64,000 nucleotides of DNA from a virus: positions 1 to 64,000 of the IMG/VR virus record IMGVR_UViG_3300027759_000071. One strand, 5' to 3'. This document shows positions 44,001-51,100 of the stretch, piece after piece. The notes under the pieces are model-generated. The model worked only from the letters and a program-made list of their open reading frames with translations, was not told the origin of the DNA and ran no database searches. Position 1 is the first letter of the stretch; each line of letters begins with the position of its first letter. The translations under genes were made by a program, and so were the position numbers.

Positions 44001-44134
44001 GTAACGAAACTGGTGACTTTAGAATTGGTACTGGATTGAGTATTAATCAGGCAACTGGTACTTTGGTGGGTAGAACATTTAGTAAATCTCTATTCTCATT
44101 AGTAACTCCGTTCTCATTGGCACTACAAATATAA
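29099..44134 (+). CDS. Giant 5011-aa virion protein: beta-helix N-terminus, cupredoxin-like domain, 22 phycobiliprotein-like CxRD domains, two nested beta-domain blocks
   Basis: LYVSSTDGDDTNDG...RTVKRA pectin-lyase-like start; repeated NxxFIQxExxxY...CKRDVGYILDAVxxDLLYGGNERS...YYYxYPS...GIxYA unit of ~108-118 aa. Confidence 0.85.
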   Translation: MARLIPRKQIEEQQNISASLSIRENVFVGQDAIISGSLFVSQSFFFGNDTGSINEITGSVFLTGSLVIDGLFQTTNPSAIFSVTASNALESFDTTRYGGVLARDFGANVPTLYVSSTDGDDTNDGRTIQFPLRTVKRAAQLATPGYDGRYGLSSSSLFSGYVIRVQAGTYLEDNPVILPKNASIWGSGLRITKINALNKGEDLFYVNSGCYVAEVTMGGLRLFPDQINPVKGFAIAFQPGAFITTSPYIQNCSQISNQENSFTELYEDIPPGGGGLYVNGDVIDPDSPLASMVLDAYTQISPNGVGCLVNGRGFIQLVSFFNNFSYYAIRVNNGGHATLNNSNISFGLYGMYASGSRLISGSGGNIAARDSVRGTWSCVVDVLNKGLENGLPTITKLNTAEGIRLTSPALYTQSRVSAGTTLSTTAADEISADYTLISEIVDKGVTNFPTLLAKSSIKGYGFDSPYNILGAEQITSSISASVGDLTQISASYAAILSILANGTGSFNFKSNTSASRQIGTDVIEQIGNIATNYTASVSSSFGTVINIITKGVSVKPTYIANTSASIKGGSVEQTMLGVTSSLATINSVSASFSIVYNILANGTGSNILQIPANHQKSFVITNNNSSSFNFEGIGSNPTLTLFRGETYKFNIDAIEDFGGIEYPFWIRTEQLEGITEKYDYNIGMVNNGDSRGTITFTVPYNAPNRLYYVSQNKSSMGGVIDIVNSSTTPFDLIKNTLTYPATIQSGSIAKTNIDVVTAYEILVNNITFIQDEVIQYVSSSWSGFSYPEETCKRDVAYIVSGSAKDLLFGGNEESIRNGLFYYQYPSQATTTQLGPTLTAMKHAAEVSLNLIRGKVYVEPINDVVDVWSTIRDNKTFVQNEVITYLSSSWSNFYYNEEKCRRDTGYILDAVATDIKYGGNERSITAGEYYYQYPSLAIVRGDGDGVGQLGQTSDGIRYASGLVDSLLKRKTFTAPSASTLSAYNNLKNNKELIQNETIQFINVAFPNLKYNQATCKRDVGYIIDNVATDLLYGGIERGVTAGRYYYDYPSIATKTQKTSTIAGVKYAKIIGDTIVQNIILDTPRIVYNDEKNFRASSLTNVTSSFSGSATQQTSIGNTFSIIEGIVARGLSSIKSLLAQNTGLTWNKYNPISVSSGSQITSSYTTPNEVTTIGRNFDVVNTIIGGGLVAEPLFTSSHAGLTKVTTGTQTTASFAVSGSATASLSSSFALITGIITDGVKSFTPTTATYNPADGNFVMTIPSHTLKTSNGIYLKPESFVFTCDMDGNRTEHKLPSVGQPAHTNRLKIQSVTNNTVTVNVGASGPDVYFNPTNATYNPATGDFVITVASHSLSVGEGIVLSTGSFAFTCDMDGNQSTKSYPRFGIDPYSVRSIPITAVTATTMTVNVGVSAANKYFTPTSASYNALTGDMSVTVGQHGLGVGRSVILVSSSIAFTCDQDNNATTHSYPRSGSDPYAGKSIEITSVGFTEHTVTNAPYNAETGDVTLTIASHSFSNGDYIKLSDNSLTYTCILDGNLVSKSYPRVGYDYPSGRWLSISGVTTSSFDINIGASSYTSAHTFVTASINGLQRQNGIFTINVGDAGSASGSIHTFVSASANAIQHLPQSVHTFVSASSGAVKHLPQAAHTFVRTNQNSVSTVPVLVQNTYGLIKVTNTVFTASSAATTAESASISSSFALVERVLKNGTSIIPALTSSLNANIKVTNASQYISASYSASASDVNFISSSISIVTKIIEGGEFSAPAFQTYTNRITSSNSVAAYEILKNNIGFIVSESIAYLSSSWSTASYDEDKCRRDLGFILSGSAEDLIWNANSASIFNGLFYWEFPSQAQGAQLQQTLDGINYASRLAQKVILNTPFVTASSDITKAKVLLRNNTQFIKDETIAYLSSSWIGHDYNETTCKRDVGHILDAAITDMVYGGNERSRIASYYYFTYPSAATGSQLMQTVDGINYANRLAQKTVLNSTFIQAESNKVNASNLIRLNRDLIANEVVEYVSSSWSDAPYDDIKCRRDVKYILDAVRTDLVYGGNERSKFAGEYYYEYPSKAIVAGVPSATAQLDSTITGIDYGSGLVQNIIKNNILSVPSVAITNAAALVRKNRLFLQQNTVDYVNDVYPNLDYIESKCYRDTGFIVDAVITDLVYGGNERSITAGRFYYLYPSQATGVQSEETIDSLNFTKGLAKLVAIGGKSIEDGFDIVANVIESGSNSAPSVVLNTAAGIKATTAQQITSSISVATNDKSIISSSFGNILNIVSNGTGSIPTTIVKNTNKGVNVLGGTQITSSTAPNTSEKVKVTTGFDTVIDIVANGTGSIPTIVTNVNSLIKRTTTNSYITTASISSTYLTASNNSFDIVLDIVENGTGSLPTLVKNTDSLVKITNTNQFTSSVIISSSLARNISGSFDKIINILENGTGSLPTIVTNVNNIKVTDATQYFGVNAATQTEANAISASISIVTNIIANGTGSLPTVTLYTSSISSSNVLAAYAILKSNLDFIVSESIAYLSSSWSTASYDESKCRRDLKFIISGSAEDLIFNANSASVFNGVFYYQFPSQAQGAQLNQTLDGIKYASRLAQKLVLNTLFVTQSAQIKDAYTLLVNNKEFIKDEVIPYISSSWSTHQYVESTCKRDIVHIIDAVSTDLLYGGNERSINAGVFYYRYPSEATGSQIQETVTGIEYARNLAFKILRGNTFVKVSQNKLQAKELIYNNRAFIQNEVISYISASWSTASYNETTCKRDVGHILDAVTTDIVYGGNERSVNAGKFYYEYPSQATTSQLGPTLSGIKYAKDLTDSVLKNSTFASASNSNVTAYELIFNNKAFIQNETIAYLSSSWSAFSYNQTTCKRDIGYILDAVATDILYGGNERVAKAGEYYYLYPSSASVANDGDTGGQLNQTLDGIKYAKGITEKIVANLLLQSPTTSELTGFNLLLDNKKFIQSESIAYLSSSWSGGDGFYYNETTCKRDIGHIIDAVRTDLVYGGNERSSKAGEYYYLYPSAAILTGSVSPTVTTQKGPTLDGIKYVAGTAENIIANTQLISPNGFATASVNLLRQNKLFIQNETVQYIDAFFPNLVYLRETCRRDVGYILDAVITDTFYGGNQRSVIAGQYYYLYPSLATKSTQVIETVAGVDYAKALAKAIVQNIKLNSPTLTTNTDGNIKVTNTTQYTSSLSASIIEVNQISSSFGLVTGIITDGVKSFTPTTATYNPANGEFVITIPSHTLTKYNSIYIRPESFVFTCDMDGNRTEHKLPSIGQYAYSNKLQIQSVTTNTITVNVGASGPNVEFTPTNATYNPATGDFVMTVGTHSLSIGEGIVITTGSIAFTCDMDNNQSVKSYPRFGIDPYAGRSMVITNTTPTTLTVSVGASAANKYFTPSAANYNALTGDMSVTVGQHGLGVGRSVILATGSIAFTCDQDGNTTTHSYPRVGSDPYVGKSIEIKSVGFTQHTVTNAPYNAETGDVTLTIASHGFSNGDYIKLSDNSLTYNCVLDDNVVSKSYPRAGYDYPSGRWLSISGVTTNTFNINIGASSYTNSHTFVTASINGVQRQNGIFTINVGDAGSASGSIHTFVSASSNAVKYLPQSVHTFVSASAGAIKHLPQATHTFVRTNKNSISTLPVLVENGNGLIKVTNTTQYSSSISASRAELDIITSSFKHVADIIENGVAFVPDSLARNYNYGFELSTPTLLHISSKEQTIGTGSYNLSTQITNVSSSYGTVVNVVKNGLSVLPTLVTNTSSSLKVTNANPVRQATSASSFDTNKIASGFDLILSVIENGTSVLPTIISNTSASIKVTNTPQLISGSAAGRLQGKLISSSLSLVIDVLLNNGTSSITYRPSAYPIANTNAKINSAYNLLVSNSKFIVDETIAYMSSSWSGFAYTQSKCERDLTGILSGSAFDLLYGGNSASLFNGKFYFDFPSQATGSQLDQTITALKYASGLAEKVVLNTVFTHISASQLVSSSASYNSLRENKGFIQSESIAYLSASWAKHDYNETTCKRDIGYIIDAVATDLLYGGNERSVIAGRYYYDYPSQATNAQLEPTLTGVRYAKGTAMNVVVNKQIFTASLEVQYAYDLIKANKLFIQSESVAYVNVKYPNLDYSESKCYRDLGYIIDGVATDLLYGGNERSRDNADYYYQFPSQANGFGSQVIQTTDAIKYAARITTASISSTLIAAPSIVLNTLENIKVTNATQLVTSSLFGTVAEANAISASISIVANIVRNGTGSLPTLIPYTTQSVDTNVIYSYNLLKANIGFIVSESIAYLSSSWSTASYNEESCSRDLRFILSGSAEDLLYNANSASIFNGVFYYQFPSAATSSQLNQTLDGINYASRLAQNIVQNVTYVTASAIVSASYALIRKNREFIQNETIAYLSSSWSTASYDEVTCKRDVGHIIDAVSTDLLYGGNERSTNAGVFYYLYPSQAQGSQLQPTLAGVNYAGQLSKNVAASLTFVTASQIVSASVNLLRKNREFIQNETLAYLTASWSTFEYDKDKCKRDVGYILDGVTTDLLYGGNERGVFSGEFYYKYPSKAIIEGDGDGVGQLGQTIDGINYASRIAQKIVKNTLFVTASVEASASFDLLRKNKSFVAAETIAYVSSSWSSVYYNEATCKRDVGYLIDAAATDVLYGGQERTVIAGQYYYLYPSNAINSGVPSTLNQLDPTLTGIRYAGKVSKKIITNPTYLVPSASLLLTAKLLTDNKQLIQKETITFLSSSWSNLKYNEVSCSRDLGFIIDAIRTDLVYGGNERSIEAGSYYYKFPSVAIVESYADNTGQKKQTVDGINFARGISEKVVANTLLTYLAPATKRRQAAERLKSGKDELKQRAIGYTNGAFPYLVYNEASCSRDTGFIVDACVTDLLYGGNERGIAAASSYYDGQYGSAIAVTRDQLLETLETNRYLRTRAEFIAAGAPLESFGSLIVATGIDYSYNGSGVTFKALPPNQGGSGVANPLFEITELGGGRIFFTSGNETGDFRIGTGLSINQATGTLVGRTFSKSLFSLVTPFSLALQI
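32790..34110 (+). repeat. Internal duplication, copy 1 (beta-domain block)
   Basis: High nucleotide similarity to 38690-40010, offset ~5901 nt (e.g. gatggagtaaaatcatttacaccaactacggcaac in both). Confidence 0.9.
38690..40010 (+). repeat. Internal duplication, copy 2 (beta-domain block)
   Basis: See copy 1. Confidence 0.9.
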
Positions 44135-44158
44135 AAAAGAAAATAAAAAAATAAAAAA

Positions 44159-45076
44159 ATGGCAGAAGTTTTTGTACCCTTAAATCGGTTTCAGTCAGTA
44201 GTAACAGGCCTGACTGGAGAACCTGATGAAATATATGCAACTCCGGCGGGTGTATCATCTATTGTGTTATCATGTCAAATTACAAACAATAGTTTGATAA
44301 CACAACCTGTAACTATATTTGTAATATCAAATAAAGAAATACCCTTACCTGAATTTGGTAATGTATATAGTGGAAGTTCCTTTATAAGTTCTTCCGTATC
44401 TTTATTAGATTTTAGTGGTAGTTTTGCTAGTGCATCTTTATTACTTAATTCAAATAGACAATTTTTAAGAAAAGAAATAGCGGCATATACTGATAATCAA
44501 AATAGTTTATCGGAAACTCCATTTACTTTTATATCATCCTATTTTGAGCAAAATACTTTAGATGATGTGGATGCAATAAAGTATGATATAGTTAATAATA
44601 CAACTATTAGAACAAATAAAGCAGCTAAAGCATATTTTGATAAAAATGGTGTATCTTTAATTGATTCAACTGAATATTCGGCATCTTTGTTCGCTTTAGA
44701 TTATTTAAAAGTATTATCAAATCAAATTATAAAAAATGAATCAACAACAGGTTCGTTGGATTCACCATTATTATTTCAAAGTGGCGTTACACAATCTGTA
44801 TTAAGTGGATTTACAAATGGCACAACTGCTGGTATATCAGCATCTATATATGTAGTAAATTCTTTAGTAGATGTTATAAAAGCTACAATTGAATCTCCTG
44901 TACTTGTTGAACAAGAAGCTGTGAGATTGGTTACTAACGTATCAATTCCGCCAGCAGATTCTTTATCTCCTGTTGTTTCTGGTAAATTAGTATTAGAAGA
45001 AACTTATGGATTTATTGTTTCTGGTTCACCTGAATTAACTGTGGTTCTTTCCTTGTTAGAAAGTGCAAATGAATAA
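44159..45076 (+). CDS. Small virion protein carrying one inserted, Cys-less phycobiliprotein-like domain
   Basis: Ends (IYATPAGVSSIVLSCQITN / VSIPPADS...VVLSLLE) resemble ORF 59349-59684; the middle (LLNSNRQFLRKEIAAY...DAIKYDI...ALDYLK) resembles the repeat of the giant protein. Confidence 0.7.
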   Translation: MAEVFVPLNRFQSVVTGLTGEPDEIYATPAGVSSIVLSCQITNNSLITQPVTIFVISNKEIPLPEFGNVYSGSSFISSSVSLLDFSGSFASASLLLNSNRQFLRKEIAAYTDNQNSLSETPFTFISSYFEQNTLDDVDAIKYDIVNNTTIRTNKAAKAYFDKNGVSLIDSTEYSASLFALDYLKVLSNQIIKNESTTGSLDSPLLFQSGVTQSVLSGFTNGTTAGISASIYVVNSLVDVIKATIESPVLVEQEAVRLVTNVSIPPADSLSPVVSGKLVLEETYGFIVSGSPELTVVLSLLESANE

Positions 45077-45094
45077 CAATAATATCATTGATTG

Positions 45095-45123
45095 ATATTT
45101 ATAAGGGATTCTCTATATTTATA
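45095..45123 (+). promoter_or_regulatory. Tandem putative late promoter motifs ATATTTATA
   Basis: Copies at 45095-45103 and 45115-45123 before ATG 45144. Confidence 0.6.
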
Positions 45124-45143
45124 ACAAAGCTGGAAAGTAACGC

Positions 45144-48100
45144 ATGGCAATTAGTAATCTATTAACAGGAAGGGTAAGGGTTGTAAGCCCAAAAAATGTA
45201 ACATCTGACAGATATCAGTTTTTGGATTTGTCACAGGCCGAACCAAATTTTGGAGTCCCATCGTTCAGCGCATCTCTTTATGATAATCCAGCGATATTAG
45301 TTTCAGATTCCGATGGAAATAGAGGATTTGTTCAATTACCATCATCCACAAAATTAGTAACTGGTTCAATAACGGCATCTGTAACTCCTGAATATGGATT
45401 TCAGGTAGTTTCTGTAGATAGTGGTTCTCAATTTACTGGTAGTGTATTTGTAAGTGGTAGTGTAACGGCCAATTATTTTATTGGAGATGGTTCACAACTT
45501 ACAAATGTTGCATCGACTGTAGCACCTAGAATTGCTAGTGGTAGTGCAACCGCATCTATTTCTCCTGATTTGGGATTGCAAATAAATGTTGATACTACAA
45601 TATTAGGAAATCTTTATGTATCCCAATCAATAATTGCAGACCAACTTATTGTTAATTTAATCTCATCGTCTGTAATTTTTTCGTCTGGGTCTAATATATT
45701 TGGAAACACCAATACTAATATCCAACAATTTACTGGTTCTGTTCAAATACAAACGGAATTAATAGCGGGATATGTAACAGCATCATCTTTTAGTGGTTCA
45801 TTTACTGGAGATGGTAGTAATTTATTTAATGTACCTGCCGCAACTTCTCCTAGAATTGTTTCTGGTTCTGCAACAGCATCCATATCTCCGAATGAGGGAT
45901 TATTAGTTAATACTGGAGTAACTATTGCGGATTATTTAATAGTTACTGGTTCGGCAACATTTTATTCAGCTGTATCCGCTTCAGTATTTAGTGGTAGTGG
46001 TGAATCATTGTTTAATTTACCTGACTCAAAAAGAATAGCAAGTGGTAGTGTAACCGCATCTGTAAGTCCTGATTCTGGATTTATTGTTGAATCATTAATT
46101 AAAGGTTCTCAATTTACTGGTAGTATAAATGTTAGTGGTAGTGTATTAGTACAAAGTGGTTCATATCTTGTTGGAGATGGTAGATATTTAAGCAATATTT
46201 CTTTTGCAAATTTATCAATAGATTCAACAAGAATATTTAGTGGAAGTGCAACAGCATCTATTTCACCATCAGAAGGATTTAAAGTAAATGTTAATTCAAG
46301 TATTAGTGGTAGTTTAAATGTATCTCAATCAATTATAGCATCACAATTTAGTGGCTCATTCTCTGGTTCTTTTCAAGGGGATGGTAGTAGATTAATAAAT
46401 TTACCAATAGCTACTAAAATAGCAAGTGGTAGTGTAACTGCATCGGTTGACCCAAATAATGGATTTGTAGTAACATCGGTAGCAAATGGTTCTACTTTTA
46501 GTGGTAGTGTATTTTTAAGTAGCGGCTCTTATTTCTCTGGTAGTGGTAAATATATATTTGATATACCATTTGCAAATTTAACAGGAGATACAATTAGAAT
46601 ATCAAATGGTAATGTAACTGCATCAGTAAGTCCTGATTATGGATTTAAAGTAGAATCATTAGTAAGTGGTTCTCAATTTACTGGAAGTATAAGTGTAAGT
46701 GGAAGTATAAGTGTAAGTGGTAGTGTGACAGCATCATTTTTTGTTGGAGATGGTAGTAAATTATTTAACATACCAGCTTTAACCGCTGTATTAATAGCAA
46801 GTGGTAGTGTAACTGCTTCGGTAGCACCTGATAAAGGATTTATTGTAACATCTACGGCAAGTGGTTCTAAATTTACTGGTTCAATAAATGTAAGTGGTAG
46901 TGTAACTGCATTTAATTTTTATGGTTCTGCATCTCAAGCTGAAAATGCAAATTTATTTGATGGTAGAGAATCATCAACATTTGCAACAACTGGTTCAAAC
47001 TTATTTACTGGTTCTCAATTTATTACTGGTAGCTTAACTGCTAATTTCTTTATTGGGGATGGTTCTGGATTAACTGGAGTAAGAGCTGATGTTACACCTC
47101 GTATAGCAAGTGGTAGTGTAACGGCATCTATATCTCCTGATACTGGATTATTAGTAAACACAACTGTATCAGCATCTTCATTTAGTGGTAGTGGTGATGG
47201 ATTATTTAATATTCCATTATCTGCATTTAGTAGTGAAGTATCTAGAATAGCAACTGGTAGTATAACAGCATCTGTTAATCCTGATTATGGATTTAGAGTA
47301 GAATCTATTAGTAGTGGTTCTCAGTTTACGGGTTCATTATTTGTAAGTGGTAATATCCAAGTATCTTCTGGTTCATTTTTTAGTGGTAGTGGTGAGGGAT
47401 TATTTAATATACCATTTGCATCTATATCTGGAGAAATATCAAAAATTTCAAGCGGTTCTGCAACGGCATCAATTTCTCCTGATAAAGGATTTGAAATAAA
47501 TGTAAATACAAGAATAACTGGCTCTCTATTAGTAGTTAGTTCTAGTAATTTTTTATCATCAGTATCTGCATCTATATTTAGTGGTAGTGGTGAATCTTTA
47601 TTTAATATTCCATTAGCAGCATTAGCAACGGAAGCTCTAAGAATAGCAAATGGTGATGTAACCGCATCTGTTTCTAATGATGGATTTGTAGTAAAAACTC
47701 CATTCTCTGGTTCTCAAATTGGTTCTAGATTTACTGGTAGTTTATCAATTAGTGGTAGTGTATTTTTAAGTAGTGGTTCTTTTTATTCTGGATCTGGAGA
47801 AGGGTTATTTAATATTCCGTTTTCAGCATTATCTACTGAAGTGTTTAGAATTGCAAGTGGTAGTGTAACTGCATCAGCAAGTCCTAATTTTGGATTTGTC
47901 GTAACATCTGCTGCAAGTGGTTCTCAGTTTAGTGGTAGTGTTAGTATTAGTGGTTCATTAAGTGCATATGGAAATGGATTTATTAGTGGTACATTACTTG
48001 TAACATCTGCCTCTAATTTCTTTGATAGTACTTTAATTATAACTCGCCAATATTCTCAATTTAGTGGTAGTGTATATGGTTCAATATTTAGTGGTTCTAA

Positions 48101-51100
48101 TTTCTTTGGACAATCATTTAGTGGTTCGCATATTGGAGATGGTTCTCAATTAACTAATGTAAATGCATTATCGGCATATGTATTACAATCTGGCTCATTC
48201 ACAGCATCATTTATACCAAATATCGGATTAAAAGTTAATACAAATTTATTTGTTGAAAATGGTAGTGTAACCGCAAGTAATTTAAATTTAGTAAATAGTG
48301 CATATGTAGGAAATAATCTTTATGTAGAAAATAATATATACGCTAAACAAATATCTGTTCAATTTATATCATCATCGATAATTTATTCAACCGGTTCAAA
48401 TATATTTGGAAACACCAATACCAATATCCAACAATTTACTGGTTCTGTTAAAATACAAACGGAATTAATAGCAGGATTTGTAACAGCATCATCATATACT
48501 GGTTCATTTAGTGGGGCATTTAAAGGTGATGGTAGTGGATTAATAAATATCCCAGCAACAATACCAACATTAATAGCAACAGGCAGTGTATCTGCATCTG
48601 TATCATTACAAAATGGATTTGTAGTAAGAGCTTCTGAAAGTGGTTCTTTGTTTTATGGTAATGTTATTATTACTGGTTCTAAAACTGAATTAACTTCAAG
48701 TTTATTTGTAGAAGGACCTGCATTATTTAAAAGTGGTATATCGGCATCTGTATTTAGTGGTAGTGGTGCGGGATTAACAAATTTACCAGAAACTACTAGA
48801 TTGGGTAGTGGTAATGTAACAGCTTCAGTAAATTCTAATTTTGGATTTATTGTAATATCAACCGATAGTGGGTCTGTATTTACTGGTTCTATTTTAATAA
48901 CCGGTAGTGTAACAATACCATCTGGGTCTGGATATTTTAGTGGTAGTGGTGAAGGATTGAGTAATATTCCATTCTCTGCTTTATCTGGGGATGCATTAAG
49001 ATTAGCAAGTGGAAGTGTAACAGCTTCTATTTCTCCAAATAAAGGATTCGAAGTAAATACTTTTACAAAAATATCTGGAAGTTTAGTTGTATCATCATCG
49101 GGACATGTAGTAGATGTATCTGATATTAATAAAGTATTTGCTGTAACTAATAACTCTTCTATGGAGTATTATTTTACCGGTGCAGTTAGTGGTTCAAATC
49201 CTACAATAACTTTAGTAAAAGGAGTAACTTATACATTTAACGTAAACGCAAGTGGCCACCCATTTTACATAAAAGCTGCACCTGTAACTGGAACAGGTAG
49301 TACATATAATACGGGTGTATCTGGAAATGGAACACAGGTAGGAACAATAACATTTACTGTACCAAATACCGCACCAGCAACTTTATATTATATTTGCCAA
49401 TACCATTCAATGATGGTAGGTACAATTAATATTGTTGATGAATTGGTAATACCAGCTACTATTGAATTAATTGGAGATGTGAATGTTACTGGAAGTGTAA
49501 GTATAACATTTGGTTCAACATTTAGTGGTAGTGGGGCAAACTTATTTGATATTCCATTCTCTGCATTTAGTGGAGATGCAATTCGTATAGCAAGTGGTTC
49601 TGCAACGGCATCAATATCTCCGATTAATGGATTTTTGGTAAATACTAAAGCACAATTTGAAGGTAATGTGTCGGCATCAATGTTTACTGGTAGTGGTGCT
49701 GGATTATTTGATATTCCGTTCTCATCATTTACCGGAGATGCATCTAGAATTTCTAGTGCTAGTGTAACGGCATCTGTTTCACCTACATTTGGATTTAAAG
49801 TGGAATCATTGAAAAGTGGTTCGCAATTTACTGGTAGTATAAATGTAAGTGGAAGTATTTCAATATCATCTGGGTCTTTTTATTCTGGTAGTGGTAGATT
49901 TTTATTTGATATTCCAGAATCTGCATTATCATTTTCTCCAAATAAAATAATAAGTGGTTCAGTAACAGCTTCTGTAAGTCCGGATTATGGATTTAGAATA
50001 GAATCAGTAGATTATGGTTCTGAATTTACTGGAAGTATTAGAGTATCTGGCTCTGTGAATATAGATAATTCATTGACTGTAACTAATTCGGTTATAGCAA
50101 ACGAATTTAGTGGTTCATTTAGTGGTAGTGGTGCAAATTTATTTGATATTCCATTATCTGCGCTAGTACAAAATGTTTACCAAATAGCAACAGGTTCAGT
50201 AACCGCATCAGTAGACCCTAATATTGGATTTATTGTAAATTCAAACGCAACAATTACAGGTAGTTTAATTGTATCATCATCAACCACATTACAACAAGGT
50301 TTAAATGTATTGGGTAATGTAAATGTTGATACTCTTAATAGTGGTAGCTACGGAACTATTAATTTAAGTGGCTCTACAAATATAACTGGAGCATTGGATA
50401 TTATAGGAGATGCTCATTTACATAATGATTTATATGTTGATGGTAAAATTATAGCAAACCAAATAGTTACTAATTTAATTTCATCCTCAATAATTTATTC
50501 GTCTGGTTCTAATATATTTGGAAATGATGTAACAAACTTCCAACAATTCACTGGTTCACTATATGTAAGTGGTGGAGTTGGTGGCGGGGTATTTTTAAAT
50601 ACTGGTTCAACATTTAGTGGTAGTGGTAGGGGGTTATTTGATATTCCTTTATCGGCATTAGCAGAAAATGTTTATCAGATGGCATCTGGTAGTGTAACTG
50701 CATCTGTATCTCCTAATAACGGATTTAAAGTTTATTCATTGGATGCTGGTTCTCAATTTACCGGTTCAGTTTATGTAACAGGTAGTGTATCGGCATCATT
50801 CTTTGTAGGAGATGGTTCACAATTAACAAATGTTCTTGCAATAGTAGCTCCATTTATTGGTAGTGGTTCTGCAACTGGTTCGGTAACAAGCGGGGACCAA
50901 TTTATAGTAACAACAGCAAAAACTGGTTCTCAACTTGGTTCTATATTTACTGGTTCAATAGAAGTTAGTGGAAGCATTAGAGCAACTGATTATCTTATTG
51001 GGGATGGTACATATATTACAAATGTATTTGCACAATCATCTCCAAAAATTGAAAGTGGTAGTGTAACGGCTTCAGTAAGTCCTAATTTTGGATTTAGAGT

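Noticed and set aside
29099-44134. Calling the CxRD repeats a bona fide cpcA/apcA auxiliary photosynthesis gene
   Set aside because: Repeats lack the N-terminal X/Y helices, are embedded in a structural polyprotein, and no linker, lyase or bilin genes are present; only fold-level similarity is proposed.
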